A stretch of 50,934 nucleotides of DNA, from positions 1 to 50,934 of the IMG/VR virus record IMGVR_UViG_3300030382_002670; one strand, 5' to 3'. Of the stretch, positions 1-9,457 are shown piece after piece. This stretch comes from a virus. Lineage: Duplodnaviria; Caudoviricetes. The stretch's first letter is position 1. Each line of letters opens with the position of its first letter. The position numbers were made by a program, and so were the translations under genes. Under the pieces are notes generated by a model. It made no database searches and was not told the origin of the DNA. It was given only the letters and a program-made list of their open reading frames with translations.

Positions 1-64
1 CACATGCACCTGTGTCTAGGGCGCTCCTTCCCTTTAATCCTGCTCTCGGCGAGACATGCCAAAC

Positions 65-235
65 TTAGTGGTTTAGCTTTCTCTCTAATCTAAAACCTAA
101 CGAAGCGATAAAACCTATAAGAGCTACATCAGGGCTTTGTATCCAATCCATCATCCATGCGAATAATGATAACATTGCACCATCATATATAGCTAGTCTA
201 AAGTCATTTAAAAACGATATAATCACCTTTTTCAT
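65..235 (-). CDS. small putative membrane protein (56 aa, MKKVIISFLNDF...ERKLNH)
   Basis: Translated by hand; below the ORF-track cutoff. ATG overlaps the deformylase stop (TAATG coupling); hydrophobic stretches. Confidence 0.6.
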   Translation of the reverse strand: MKKVIISFLNDFRLAIYDGAMLSLFAWMMDWIQSPDVALIGFIASLGFRLERKLNH

Positions 236-723
236 TAGTTTGTCTCCTTATGTTGTTGCCATTCAGCAGACCTATCATGTATTGTAACTCCATTCAAATG
301 GTCTACTTCATGTTGTATTATTTGTGCATCAGTTCCACTAAATGTTTCAATAAGATATTTGTCATTAAAGTAACAATAGTAATTAAGTGTAATAACTTTA
401 TGTCTTTCTACCATGTATATCTTCTTGCCCTTTTTAATAGATAAACAACCTTCAGCTACTACTATTGGGTCTAAGTGATACTTAGTAATTGTTGGGTTAA
501 TAAACACTTTACCATCACCATTTATCTTAGCAATAAAAGCACTATAATGACTGTTTAACTGATTCAATGCAATACCTGCAGCGATGCCTTTACGACCTCT
601 AAACTCATTCATTAGCATGTTAACTAATCTCTTGATTTGAGGCTTATTATCTGATTGTATAGTAGCTGTAGGTCGCTGTAAAATAGCTTCCTTTTTACTA
701 CCAGTTTGAACGATTGAGCGCAT
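235..723 (-). CDS. def: peptide deformylase
   Basis: All three PDF motifs: (A)GIALNQL (variant of GxGxAAxQ), EGCLS and QHEVDHLNG; also FINP. Start placed at ATG 723 (MRSIVQ) behind AAGGAGA rather than at 807. Confidence 0.95.
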   Translation of the reverse strand: MRSIVQTGSKKEAILQRPTATIQSDNKPQIKRLVNMLMNEFRGRKGIAAGIALNQLNSHYSAFIAKINGDGKVFINPTITKYHLDPIVVAEGCLSIKKGKKIYMVERHKVITLNYYCYFNDKYLIETFSGTDAQIIQHEVDHLNGVTIHDRSAEWQQHKETN

Positions 724-771
724 AATAATATCTCCTTTCCCGCTTAATGCGGTACGCTGTGTAGTACTAAT

Positions 772-813
772 AAAAAACATTATGTGTGGTATACTATGTA
801 TACACACACATAA
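772..813 (-). terminator. intrinsic terminator-like hairpin after the 835..1140 gene
   Basis: TTATGTGTG-GTATAC (780-794) pairs with GTATAC-A-CACACATAA (798-813); followed on the minus strand by TGTTTTTT. Confidence 0.65.
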
Positions 814-834
814 CGTCTCATATGGATGGGGAGC

Positions 835-1140
835 TTAGTCTTTGAGGCCGAAGGACTCAATGGCGTGAGCTAGTGCAGCGTCCACATCATCGTGTCCACG
901 CTTTGCTGGGCCGATGAATATGTGAGGGGGATACTTCTTACCTTGGTAATAAGTGACCTCATCTGTGCACAGTAGGGTCCAACCTAGTTTCTCGGCTAAG
1001 GTCAACGCTTCATCGACCTTATCCTGAGCAAACGTAGTTGGTTCCCAAATGAGGTAACCGACGCCCTTGTTTTTCAAAGGGCTCGTTTTGCCGAATGTCT
1101 GGAACAGATATGTTAATAATTTAAGAAGTAATTCTTTCAT
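835..1140 (-). CDS. hypothetical protein, first gene of the leftward (early) transcription unit
   Basis: 101-aa ORF with AAAGGA Shine-Dalgarno; no recognisable motif. Confidence 0.75.
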   Translation of the reverse strand: MKELLLKLLTYLFQTFGKTSPLKNKGVGYLIWEPTTFAQDKVDEALTLAEKLGWTLLCTDEVTYYQGKKYPPHIFIGPAKRGHDDVDAALAHAIESFGLKD

Positions 1141-1182
1141 TGTATGTCCTTTCGCAATGTAATAATTGCTTGTTTAGTTATT

Positions 1183-1303
1183 GAAAGCGCAGCGTCCGTG
1201 GGACACAGCGAACGTAACTGAGGTTGAGTGCTTTTCAACGAGGCCGAGGGGCCCGGCGGCGCTTTTTCGACGGGTACGGTCGCGCGTATATCGCGTGCAC
1301 GCA
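1183..1303. promoter_or_regulatory. GC-rich multi-hairpin element at the divergence of early and late modules
   Basis: AAAGCGC (1184-1190)/GCGCTTT (1259-1265) encloses three hairpins; TTTTCRACG occurs twice (1232-1240, 1264-1272); GC content far above the rest of the window. Confidence 0.55.
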
Positions 1304-1359
1304 TTCTAGGTAAATTTTTTGAAAGCCGTTCTCATTTCTCATCCCTATAGTAATAAAAT

Positions 1360-1400
1360 GGGGGGAATCAGTGATTTCCCCCTTTTTCCCTATTTTTTTT
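1360..1400 (+). terminator. terminator-like hairpin
   Basis: GGGGGGAATC-AGT-GATTTCCCCC followed by TTTTT and a second T tract. Confidence 0.55.
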
Positions 1401-1424
1401 GTAAAAATTTTCGTAATATTTGTT

Positions 1425-1661
1425 ATGATTTTGACTTTTTATGTAATTGCTACGTTTCTAAGTTTTTCCGATGAGATGTGGAATATTAGTAATCCTAGGC
1501 CTAACCCCTCAAAACCCTATTTTTACCTAAAATGGGAAGAAAAGGACTTTTATAGCTATAAAATCAAGGGAGAGTGGGTTTTAAGGCAGTATAGGAAAAC
1601 TGATTCTCCTCTAAAAAAGCGTATTAGAAGTAAGTATTGGAAAAAAAGGCTTGGAAAATAG
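1425..1661 (+). CDS. hypothetical protein with hydrophobic N-terminus and basic C-terminus
   Basis: The ORF-track start (1371) lies inside a hairpin; the in-frame ATG at 1425 is more plausible. No clear Shine-Dalgarno. Confidence 0.45.
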   Translation: MILTFYVIATFLSFSDEMWNISNPRPNPSKPYFYLKWEEKDFYSYKIKGEWVLRQYRKTDSPLKKRIRSKYWKKRLGK

Positions 1662-1820
1662 TACAATATTCTTATTTTTAATTAGGTACTAAGTAAGGGG
1701 CTAATTTAGTTAAAGATATAACAAATAAAACTACGGTTAGTACCTATTTGAAGTTTTTCTTGCTTTATATAGCTAGTGTTTTGTAAGTTAAGACCATGTT
1801 TTTAGGGGAAAACTAAGATA

Positions 1821-2744
1821 ATGGCGTATAATGATACATTTACGAATAGACCTGTAACTGAAGCGGACTTCAACAGGGCATTATCGTATAAAAATAAGAA
1901 GCCCTATAGCTGGGCCCCCGACAACACTATCCACAGAGATGCATGGGATGCGGTAGAAATGGGTGTAACAGAGTGGCACCCTGCTGCGATACCAAATGCA
2001 CAATCAAAAGGTCCAGTCACTAAGAAAAAGAAGTGGTATGAGACCGACAAAGAACCTTTCAACCTAGCTGATGCAGATATACCTGTTAGTGATATATTGG
2101 CAAATGTGGCTAAAAAGCTTGAAACTGGCTATAAAGATGTTAAAAAGAAGCGTTTGAAGAATAAACAAGAGCGTTTAGAGAATAGACAGGAAAGAATCAG
2201 TAAAAAGCTTAAGGAAACAAAGAAAGATAGGAAGAAGGTTAATGAAACTAAAATCAAGGATAGAAGTGCAAGAATTGAAGAAATACTAGATAAGGTTAAG
2301 AATTTTAACCTAAACCCTGGTCCTAGAGAGGAAGGAGAAACAGTGAGTGGAATAAATCCAGAATTACTAAGAGCGATAGAAAAATTTGGTCAAGGAGTGA
2401 AAGACACCTATAAAGCGGCTAAAGATAACATTAAATCCGGTATAAATGAGGCTGAGGACGAAAACCGATTAGGTGATTTAATAGACGGAGCTATGGCTCC
2501 AGGAGTTAAAGCGCCTGATGCCAGCATGCCTTTACCGAAAAGTAGCTCTATGTACGCTAAGTACGCTCAAAATCTCTCGGAGGGTGAACAAACTCTGCCC
2601 CCAGTACAGCAGCCATCAATGTCTGATATGCTAGGAGATATGGCTAGAAGAATGCCAGCGCAAGAAGCTTTAATGAGATATACACGAGGAGGATTTGGGA
2701 TGGATAAAAGCCCAGAGAATCCATCATATAGGGGGATGGTATAA
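1821..2744 (+). CDS. hypothetical protein, Lys-rich coiled-coil centre
   Basis: 307-aa ORF, AGGGG upstream, stop overlaps the next ATG. Confidence 0.8.
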   Translation: MAYNDTFTNRPVTEADFNRALSYKNKKPYSWAPDNTIHRDAWDAVEMGVTEWHPAAIPNAQSKGPVTKKKKWYETDKEPFNLADADIPVSDILANVAKKLETGYKDVKKKRLKNKQERLENRQERISKKLKETKKDRKKVNETKIKDRSARIEEILDKVKNFNLNPGPREEGETVSGINPELLRAIEKFGQGVKDTYKAAKDNIKSGINEAEDENRLGDLIDGAMAPGVKAPDASMPLPKSSSMYAKYAQNLSEGEQTLPPVQQPSMSDMLGDMARRMPAQEALMRYTRGGFGMDKSPENPSYRGMV

Positions 2745-3274
2745 TGCCAAAATTTGGAAAACGCTCTAGAACAGCTCTATCTACCTGCGATGAAAGCCTT
2801 CAAAGGTTATTTAACGAGGTAATCAAACACATAGATTGTTCGGTCTTGGAGGGCCATAGAGATGAAGATAAGCAAAATGAATATCATAAAGAAGGAAAAT
2901 CGAAACTTAAGTTCCCTGATGGGCGTCACAACGCTAGTCCTAGCTGTGCTGTTGACGTTACACCATACCCAGTTGATTGGGATGATAGGGAGCGCCAAAC
3001 ACTATTCGCTGGCTTTGTTATGGGCGTGGCTCGGTGCATGGGTATCGGAGTAAGATGGGGTGGTGATTGGGATGGAGATTTCCTAGTACAGGATAATAAG
3101 TTCGATGATTTCCCTCATTTTGAGTTGACTAAGAAGGACTTGTATAGAATTTCTTATAAAAAGCAAGTTAAGGCGAGAGCAGAAGAACTTAAAACTAAAA
3201 TGGCGGCAGAGGCTAAAAAGGCCTCTGCTAAGCCAGTAGCTAAAAAGAAGGTCAAAGATGGCAAAAAAGAATAA
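2744..3274 (+). CDS. endolysin, M15-family L-Ala-D-Glu peptidase (T5 endolysin-like)
   Basis: EGHR...Q, SK...RH...AVD, RWGGDWD and DFPHFEL Zn-peptidase motifs. Confidence 0.92.
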   Translation: MPKFGKRSRTALSTCDESLQRLFNEVIKHIDCSVLEGHRDEDKQNEYHKEGKSKLKFPDGRHNASPSCAVDVTPYPVDWDDRERQTLFAGFVMGVARCMGIGVRWGGDWDGDFLVQDNKFDDFPHFELTKKDLYRISYKKQVKARAEELKTKMAAEAKKASAKPVAKKKVKDGKKE

Positions 3275-3671
3275 TTACGAAGACGATAGAAGCTGGTTTG
3301 ATTGGCTTTTCTCCTCGGTAGATTCAGGTAGATATATTCAGTCACAAAAAGATTTAAAAAAGATTACCTCAAATGCAGACCCAAATCATGAGTTTGCAGC
3401 TCTTTTTGATGAACATGGACAAGACATTTTTGGAGATTATCGTAATACATATTATAGGCATCTAAACCCAGCAGATAGTACTGTTTCTTATGTTCAGGGA
3501 CATACGCCAGTTATACATAGTGAAGGCTACGAAGATAGTTATGGATATGGATATCCTAGTTATGATGATAATGCCATGAATTATGCTAGAAAGAATATAG
3601 CAAAGGGAGATACTCTCTCATCTAAAGATATGGCTTTAAAACTGGCAAAACACAGATGGGGGAAGAAATAG
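3258..3671 (+). CDS. hypothetical protein
   Basis: 137-aa ORF tightly packed in the plus-strand operon. Confidence 0.7.
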   Translation: MAKKNNYEDDRSWFDWLFSSVDSGRYIQSQKDLKKITSNADPNHEFAALFDEHGQDIFGDYRNTYYRHLNPADSTVSYVQGHTPVIHSEGYEDSYGYGYPSYDDNAMNYARKNIAKGDTLSSKDMALKLAKHRWGKK

Positions 3672-3674
3672 TGC

Positions 3675-4439
3675 ATGTATACAATCCCTATCAAGCATAA
3701 TGGCGACCAGGAAGCCACCACATATAAAGTTTACAAAAAAGAAGAAGCAGATGCTAAAAGCGTTGAGTACAAGTATTGGAAAGATGCTGAAGTCGGTGAG
3801 TATGGTATAACCGATGACGAGTATGTTGCAAAAGTTATTAATAAAAAAGAGTACGCATCTAACCATAAAACACCTAATATCTATATTCGTTATCCTTGGG
3901 GCTATACCTTTTATAATCCTAAGTATGCTAATAAAAAGCTTAATGCGAGTCATAGAGAGTCTAATCAAACTTTTACAGGGAAACCCCACTTAGAAGTAAT
4001 GGCAGGGCAGGATTTAATGAAAAATCTTGCAACTTACTACGCTTTATCCCCAAATTACGACATGGCTATAGACTGGGCAACGGAAGGTAACGTTAGTCCC
4101 AAAAAGCGTAAGAAGTTTAAAAGAATCATGAGAACGGAGGTATTTAAAGATATGGTAAAGGATGAATTACAAAAGCTCCTACAAGAGCATGGTATGACTG
4201 AAAACTTTACTTTAGACCTATTAGATGAGACTATTCAACTGGCAAAGGACAAAAAGGATGTATCTAACCTGCTTAAAGCAGTAGATAACCTACAAGAGAT
4301 GCACGGCATGAAGGATAAGCATCTTGTCAAAACAGTCGATAGGTTAGAGGCCACTTCTAGCACAAGGCTCTTAGATGAGATAATAGAAGAAGAAAAGTCT
4401 ATTAAAATCCAACAAACTACGGAAAAAGCAGATGAGTGA
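3675..4439 (+). CDS. probable terminase small subunit
   Basis: Lies just upstream of TerL; helical C-terminal region (LDLLDETIQLAKDKKDVSNLLKAVDNLQEMHG) resembles TerS oligomerisation helices. Function inferred. Confidence 0.5.
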   Translation: MYTIPIKHNGDQEATTYKVYKKEEADAKSVEYKYWKDAEVGEYGITDDEYVAKVINKKEYASNHKTPNIYIRYPWGYTFYNPKYANKKLNASHRESNQTFTGKPHLEVMAGQDLMKNLATYYALSPNYDMAIDWATEGNVSPKKRKKFKRIMRTEVFKDMVKDELQKLLQEHGMTENFTLDLLDETIQLAKDKKDVSNLLKAVDNLQEMHGMKDKHLVKTVDRLEATSSTRLLDEIIEEEKSIKIQQTTEKADE

Positions 4440-4800
4440 GTTTGAAGATAAAATATTAGATAATATGAAGTATAAGCAAATACTTAAGGATAATGTGATA
4501 TCTAATCCCTGGTTGTTTAATTATGAACACGAACCTATTAAATTTGAAGGTTCTGGGGATAAGACGGGAACTGTGTATACTCATACTTATGGTGTTGATG
4601 ATGGCGTAATGGTTGTGCCATCTATTATGTATAATGAAGAATCTGGTAAATTAGAACATCATAAGGATGCATGGGGAGAGAGTACGAAAAGAGGTTATGG
4701 AATACACTTTCCAACGGAAGAGGAAGGTAATAAGTTCGCAGAGTGGCTTCACAATTATCACGAGATATCTGGTAAGAATAAAGAAAACTATGAATTATGA
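4432..4800 (+). CDS. hypothetical protein between putative TerS and TerL
   Basis: 122-aa ORF overlapping both neighbours by a few bases. Confidence 0.7.
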   Translation: MSEFEDKILDNMKYKQILKDNVISNPWLFNYEHEPIKFEGSGDKTGTVYTHTYGVDDGVMVVPSIMYNEESGKLEHHKDAWGESTKRGYGIHFPTEEEGNKFAEWLHNYHEISGKNKENYEL

Positions 4801-6289
4801 AGAACAATACGCACAGAAACAGGTATTAAGTAGACTATATAAGAATATGGCCCTTTTTGGGCGCACCTGCTTTCCAACTGCTCTCCACAAAGAAATCCCA
4901 CCCTTTCACAAGGATGTATATGAAAATCTAGCTGATGATAAGAAAAAGCGTGTTGCTATAGCAGCTCCAAGGGGAACAGCTAAAAGTACTACAACTACCC
5001 TCGTATATCCATTATGGAGGGCTGCTTTTAAGAAAAGCAATGAAGACCTCTTTATTGTTATTATCTCAGAATCACAAGCCCAGTCTATTAACTTCCTATC
5101 GCGTATTAAGTATCACTTAGATAATTCCACTATGTTTCATGAACTATTTGGGAATATGGGTAGTGCTACTGCTAGTAGATGGACTCATACAGATATTATC
5201 CTAGCTAACAATACTCGTATAGTAGCTGTTGGTACAGGACAGAGAGTTAGGGGTTTCCTCCAGGGAGATACACGTCCTAACCTTATTATTGTAGATGACT
5301 TTGAATCAGAGCTGAATGCCAATACACCAGAAGCTAGAGCTAAAAATAAGAAGTGGATGACTGAAGCGGTTATACCTTCTCTATCTGATGATGGCAAGAT
5401 AGCTATGATTGGTACGGTTATATCAGAAGATTGCTTTCTTTATTGGATAAAAGAGTCGGCATCCTGGAATGTGTTGTGGTTTTCTATATGGGATGACGAT
5501 GAAAAGAGTTTATGGCCTGAAAGGTTTCCAAAAGAAAGAATACTGCAAATTAAGGATGAATTTGCTAGTATAGGAAATATAAATGGATTCTATCAAGAAT
5601 ACATGAATATTGCCCAATCTCCAGATTCTGCTCCGTTTAAGCCAGAATGGGTGAAAATGCATCATTATGACTATAAGAGGATAAATGGACAGCAATGTTT
5701 AGTCCAAGACCTTGGAGATAAGAATAAAATAATACCTGTAGAACTTTATTGTGGGGTTGACCCAGCGAGTAGTTTATCTATCAGGGCAGACTTTTTTGTT
5801 ATTTCTGTAATTGCAGTGGATAATGATAATAACAAATATATAGTAGATACTTTTAGAGAAAGAATCTCTCCTGCTGAACAGCCGCGTAAGATTATAGATA
5901 TATATAAAAAATATAGGCCTAGAAGGGTAAAAATAGAGACTACTGGATATCAAGAGGCATTAAGGACTGGCACTAGAGAGATAATGAGAGAAGAAGAATT
6001 ATACATCCCAGGACTAGAAGCTGGTGTTAAACCAAGAAATAAGAAGTCAGAAAGGCTATTATCTCTAGTTCCTATGTTTGCTCGAGGGAATTTCTATTTT
6101 AGGCCTGAGGATATTGCTGCTCAACAAGAGTTTCTATCTTACCCTAAAGGACAGCATGATGATGTTATGGATGCTATATGGACAGCTCTAGATGGTGCTA
6201 AACCATGTAGGATTAAAGTTGATGAATTTGACCCAAGTAAAGAAAATATTACAACTATGAAAAAAGTTCTTGATTGGATGACTATGTAA
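4790..6289 (+). CDS. terL: terminase large subunit
   Basis: PPFH Q-motif region, Walker A APRGTAKST, Walker B IIVDDFE, IGT coupling motif, LWPERF, nuclease GVDPA and HDDVMDA. Start placed at ATG 4790 (MNYEEQY). Confidence 0.96.
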   Translation: MNYEEQYAQKQVLSRLYKNMALFGRTCFPTALHKEIPPFHKDVYENLADDKKKRVAIAAPRGTAKSTTTTLVYPLWRAAFKKSNEDLFIVIISESQAQSINFLSRIKYHLDNSTMFHELFGNMGSATASRWTHTDIILANNTRIVAVGTGQRVRGFLQGDTRPNLIIVDDFESELNANTPEARAKNKKWMTEAVIPSLSDDGKIAMIGTVISEDCFLYWIKESASWNVLWFSIWDDDEKSLWPERFPKERILQIKDEFASIGNINGFYQEYMNIAQSPDSAPFKPEWVKMHHYDYKRINGQQCLVQDLGDKNKIIPVELYCGVDPASSLSIRADFFVISVIAVDNDNNKYIVDTFRERISPAEQPRKIIDIYKKYRPRRVKIETTGYQEALRTGTREIMREEELYIPGLEAGVKPRNKKSERLLSLVPMFARGNFYFRPEDIAAQQEFLSYPKGQHDDVMDAIWTALDGAKPCRIKVDEFDPSKENITTMKKVLDWMTM

Positions 6290-6305
6290 TGCTTAAATTA
6301 TACGC

Positions 6306-8477
6306 ATGGCGCACGAAGAAAAACAAATGACAGACGACCAGTTTGTCACTGAAACGAAAGAATTATTTAGAACCTATTCTCAAGCCCGACAAAGATGGGC
6401 TACTCATGCAAAAGAAGACAAAGAGTTTCGTCTTGGAAAGCAATGGAGTAAAGAACAACAACAAGTTCTAGAGAATAGAGGACAAGCGCCTGTAGTTGTT
6501 AATCGTATCCACCCAGCAGTAGAAGCAGCAAAAGCAATGCTGACAGCTAACCGACCCTCATTTAGATGTGCCCCCAGAGAAGATTCAGATAACAAAATGG
6601 CAAGTGTAATGAGTGCGCTTTTAACCTATATGTACGATATTAGTGACGGTAGAACCGTTGTGCGCCAAGTAGTCGATGACTACTATGTATGCGGGGTTGG
6701 CTATATGCAAATCTATCAAGACCCTATGATGGATATGGGAAAGGGTGAAGTCTGTATACACGATTTAGACCCTCTCGACGTATATGTTGACCCCAATTGC
6801 AGGAGTAAGTATTTTGATGATGCAGAAAATATTATAGTTTCTAGATTATTTACAAAGGAACAGGCTAAAAGATTATACCCTATGTATGCAAAAGCTATTG
6901 AGAATGCATCGGGTGGTGGTATAAACGTAGACTTTGATAGACCAGATACTGGTAAGTATAATGATGATTCAGTACACTTCCCTGAAGATGTTGGAACTGT
7001 TCAAAATCAAGAATACATCAGAGGGTATGAAAGGTATTATCCAGTTGTTGTAGATAAGATTAGAACATTTGAGAAGTTCTCTGGAAAAGAGGAGCTCTTA
7101 GAGGAAGAATCATTCGAACAGTATGTACAAAGACCTGCTTGGATTATCGAAGGGCAAATATTTTCTGACCAAGATAAGGCTATGGAGTTATACGCTCAAC
7201 TACAAGAGCAAATACAGATGCAGCAACAACAAATAGCTGAACAGATGGCAGCAGAGGGTTTCGACCCTGCTGATGCTCCACAAGCTGCTCAGGAAATAAA
7301 AATAGAAGAGACTACTTTTGCCCTACTAATCGAAGCAGGACAAATTGAAATAGTGCGAACAAGCGTAAGAAGAATCAAACAATGCGTTGTCATGGGAGAT
7401 GTAAAGTTATATGAGAGAATACTCCCAATTGAAAAGTACCCTGTAGTTCCATTTGTTAACACACACACTCGTACGCCATACCCAGTAAGTGATGTTAGAA
7501 TGGTAAAAGGAGTTCAAGAGTATATAAATAAGACTCGTTCGCTAATAATAGCTCATGCTACTACTAGTACGAATACAAAGATACTAGTACCCGAAGGCAG
7601 TGTTGATATGAGAGAGTTTGAACAAAAGTGGGCACAACCAGGGGTTGCTATACCTTATGACCCTACTGATGGTGCACCTATGCCAGTTCAACCTTCTCCA
7701 TTACCAAATGAATTGTATAACAATGAGACTACTGCTAAGAATGATATAGACCATCAACTAGGTTTATATGAAATGATGATGGGGAATAGTTCAGTCGCCC
7801 CACAAACTTATAAAGCTACTATATCTATAGACGAATTTGGCCAGAGGAAAATGAAGTCCAAATTAGCAGATATCGAAGGTAGCCTTGTTAGAGTTGGCGA
7901 AATAGCTATACCTCTAATGCAACAACTATATAAGACAGAAAAGACCTTTAGAATAGTTCAACCAAATAATTCTTTAGATGAGTATGTCATAAATAAGAGA
8001 TTAGTTGATGACAAAACACCTGAAATAAAGATTTTTAATGATATCACTGTTGGTAAATATGACGTTATTGTAGTTACAGGCTCGACACTTCCAAGTAATA
8101 GATACGCGGAACTTGAGTTTTATATGGAAGCTTACAAGAATGGTCTTATCGACAGGGTTGAAGTGCTTAAAAAGACAGAGATTTTCGACAAAGAAGGAGT
8201 CATGCAAAGATTTGATTATATCACTCAGCTTGAGCAACAACTTGAAGAAGCTGCAGAGCAAATCAAAGACCTTGAAGGTGACTTGCAAACTAGAGATAGA
8301 GAAAATGTTAACCTTAAGCAAAAAGTTGAAGTTGAAAAGTTCAAGTCAGGCCTTGACAAAGTTAGCAATAAAGCTAGCGCAGCAGGTACCCTGTACGAAA
8401 AACGACTTGATGACAGTCTAGCTAGTGTTAGAAAAGATATATCTGATGCTAAAAAACCAGATTCACCCCGAAGCTAG
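6306..8477 (+). CDS. portal protein (P22-like)
   Basis: Follows TerL; G-Q-W...RGQAPVVVNRI N-terminus, Q.YINK.RS motif, GKYDV, long C-terminal coiled coil (barrel). Confidence 0.92.
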   Translation: MAHEEKQMTDDQFVTETKELFRTYSQARQRWATHAKEDKEFRLGKQWSKEQQQVLENRGQAPVVVNRIHPAVEAAKAMLTANRPSFRCAPREDSDNKMASVMSALLTYMYDISDGRTVVRQVVDDYYVCGVGYMQIYQDPMMDMGKGEVCIHDLDPLDVYVDPNCRSKYFDDAENIIVSRLFTKEQAKRLYPMYAKAIENASGGGINVDFDRPDTGKYNDDSVHFPEDVGTVQNQEYIRGYERYYPVVVDKIRTFEKFSGKEELLEEESFEQYVQRPAWIIEGQIFSDQDKAMELYAQLQEQIQMQQQQIAEQMAAEGFDPADAPQAAQEIKIEETTFALLIEAGQIEIVRTSVRRIKQCVVMGDVKLYERILPIEKYPVVPFVNTHTRTPYPVSDVRMVKGVQEYINKTRSLIIAHATTSTNTKILVPEGSVDMREFEQKWAQPGVAIPYDPTDGAPMPVQPSPLPNELYNNETTAKNDIDHQLGLYEMMMGNSSVAPQTYKATISIDEFGQRKMKSKLADIEGSLVRVGEIAIPLMQQLYKTEKTFRIVQPNNSLDEYVINKRLVDDKTPEIKIFNDITVGKYDVIVVTGSTLPSNRYAELEFYMEAYKNGLIDRVEVLKKTEIFDKEGVMQRFDYITQLEQQLEEAAEQIKDLEGDLQTRDRENVNLKQKVEVEKFKSGLDKVSNKASAAGTLYEKRLDDSLASVRKDISDAKKPDSPRS

Positions 8478-8506
8478 TAACGGGCAATCTAAAGGAGATA
8501 ACTCAA

Positions 8507-9445
8507 ATGGCAGAAAATACACAAGATACTCTACAAGATACATTAAATGAAGTGATTGAACCATCTACTACAGCAGAAGATGCATTCGCATTTCCAATGA
8601 CACCTGAAGACTCTAGTGAAGAAGTAAGCAATGACCCAGTAACATCGGCTTTTACAGAGCCAGAAGGAGCAGAGCCCTCTACTCAAGAGGCACCTCAAGA
8701 AGAAATTAAAACTGAGGACAATGAAGAGCGCCGATATCAGTATTGGCAATCTGAGGCTGATAAAGCTAAGAATCAGTTAGCTCAAAGAGAAAATGAAATG
8801 CGAGAGATGCAGCAAAGATTATATGCTGGCAATCAACCAAATCAACCTCAAGAGCAAAAACAAGAATTTCCAGACGCTCCAGGAAGGCCTGAAAAACCAC
8901 GGGGATTCAGTAGGGAGGAAGCATTTACTGACCCAAATAGTGAGAGCGGACAATATTTGGACGCAATGGAAGATTGGCGAGACAAGATAGATGAATATAG
9001 AGATTTAAGAAATCAGTATGATACTGCTGTGCTCCAAGAGCGGTTTGAAGCTCAAGACGAGCAGAGAAAGCAACAGGAGATACAGAGACAACAGTATGCA
9101 TCTGAAATGGCTAAAAAACAAGAAGTATATGAACATGTTCAAGGTCATTACGGATTAACTGATACAGATGCTCGAGAATTTATTGAAACTATGTCACAGC
9201 CAGAATCCCTTACTATGGATAATCTTGTAGCACTTTATAGGATACAAAAGGGTAATGGACAAACAGTAGCGCAGAATGCACCTGCACAGCCAAGTGATGC
9301 TTTTAAGCAAACACAAAATGCTCAACAAGTGCCTTCTCCTATGGGCGTTATCCCTTCAAGCAATACTAGCGTAGACGGTAAAAGTGCTGAAGATAAAATA
9401 ATGGATAATATAATAGGTGACTTTAAGTCACGCAACCCGTTCTAA
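8507..9445 (+). CDS. capsid scaffolding protein
   Basis: Acidic, Q/E-rich coiled coil between portal and capsid genes; YWQSEADK motif; AAGGAGA Shine-Dalgarno. Confidence 0.8.
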   Translation: MAENTQDTLQDTLNEVIEPSTTAEDAFAFPMTPEDSSEEVSNDPVTSAFTEPEGAEPSTQEAPQEEIKTEDNEERRYQYWQSEADKAKNQLAQRENEMREMQQRLYAGNQPNQPQEQKQEFPDAPGRPEKPRGFSREEAFTDPNSESGQYLDAMEDWRDKIDEYRDLRNQYDTAVLQERFEAQDEQRKQQEIQRQQYASEMAKKQEVYEHVQGHYGLTDTDAREFIETMSQPESLTMDNLVALYRIQKGNGQTVAQNAPAQPSDAFKQTQNAQQVPSPMGVIPSSNTSVDGKSAEDKIMDNIIGDFKSRNPF

Positions 9446-9457
9446 AGGAGATAAAAA

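Noticed and set aside
724-807. N-terminal extension of the deformylase
   Set aside because: Runs through a terminator-like hairpin; a strong SD precedes ATG 723.
1183-1270. Known ribozyme or tRNA identity for the four-way element
   Set aside because: Lacks the hammerhead CUGAnGA/GAAA core in proper arrangement and lacks tRNA D- and T-loop consensus; kept only as an unassigned structure.
4667-4789. N-terminal extension of TerL in the ORF track
   Set aside because: Overlaps the 4432..4800 gene by over 120 nt; ATG 4790 gives the usual short overlap.
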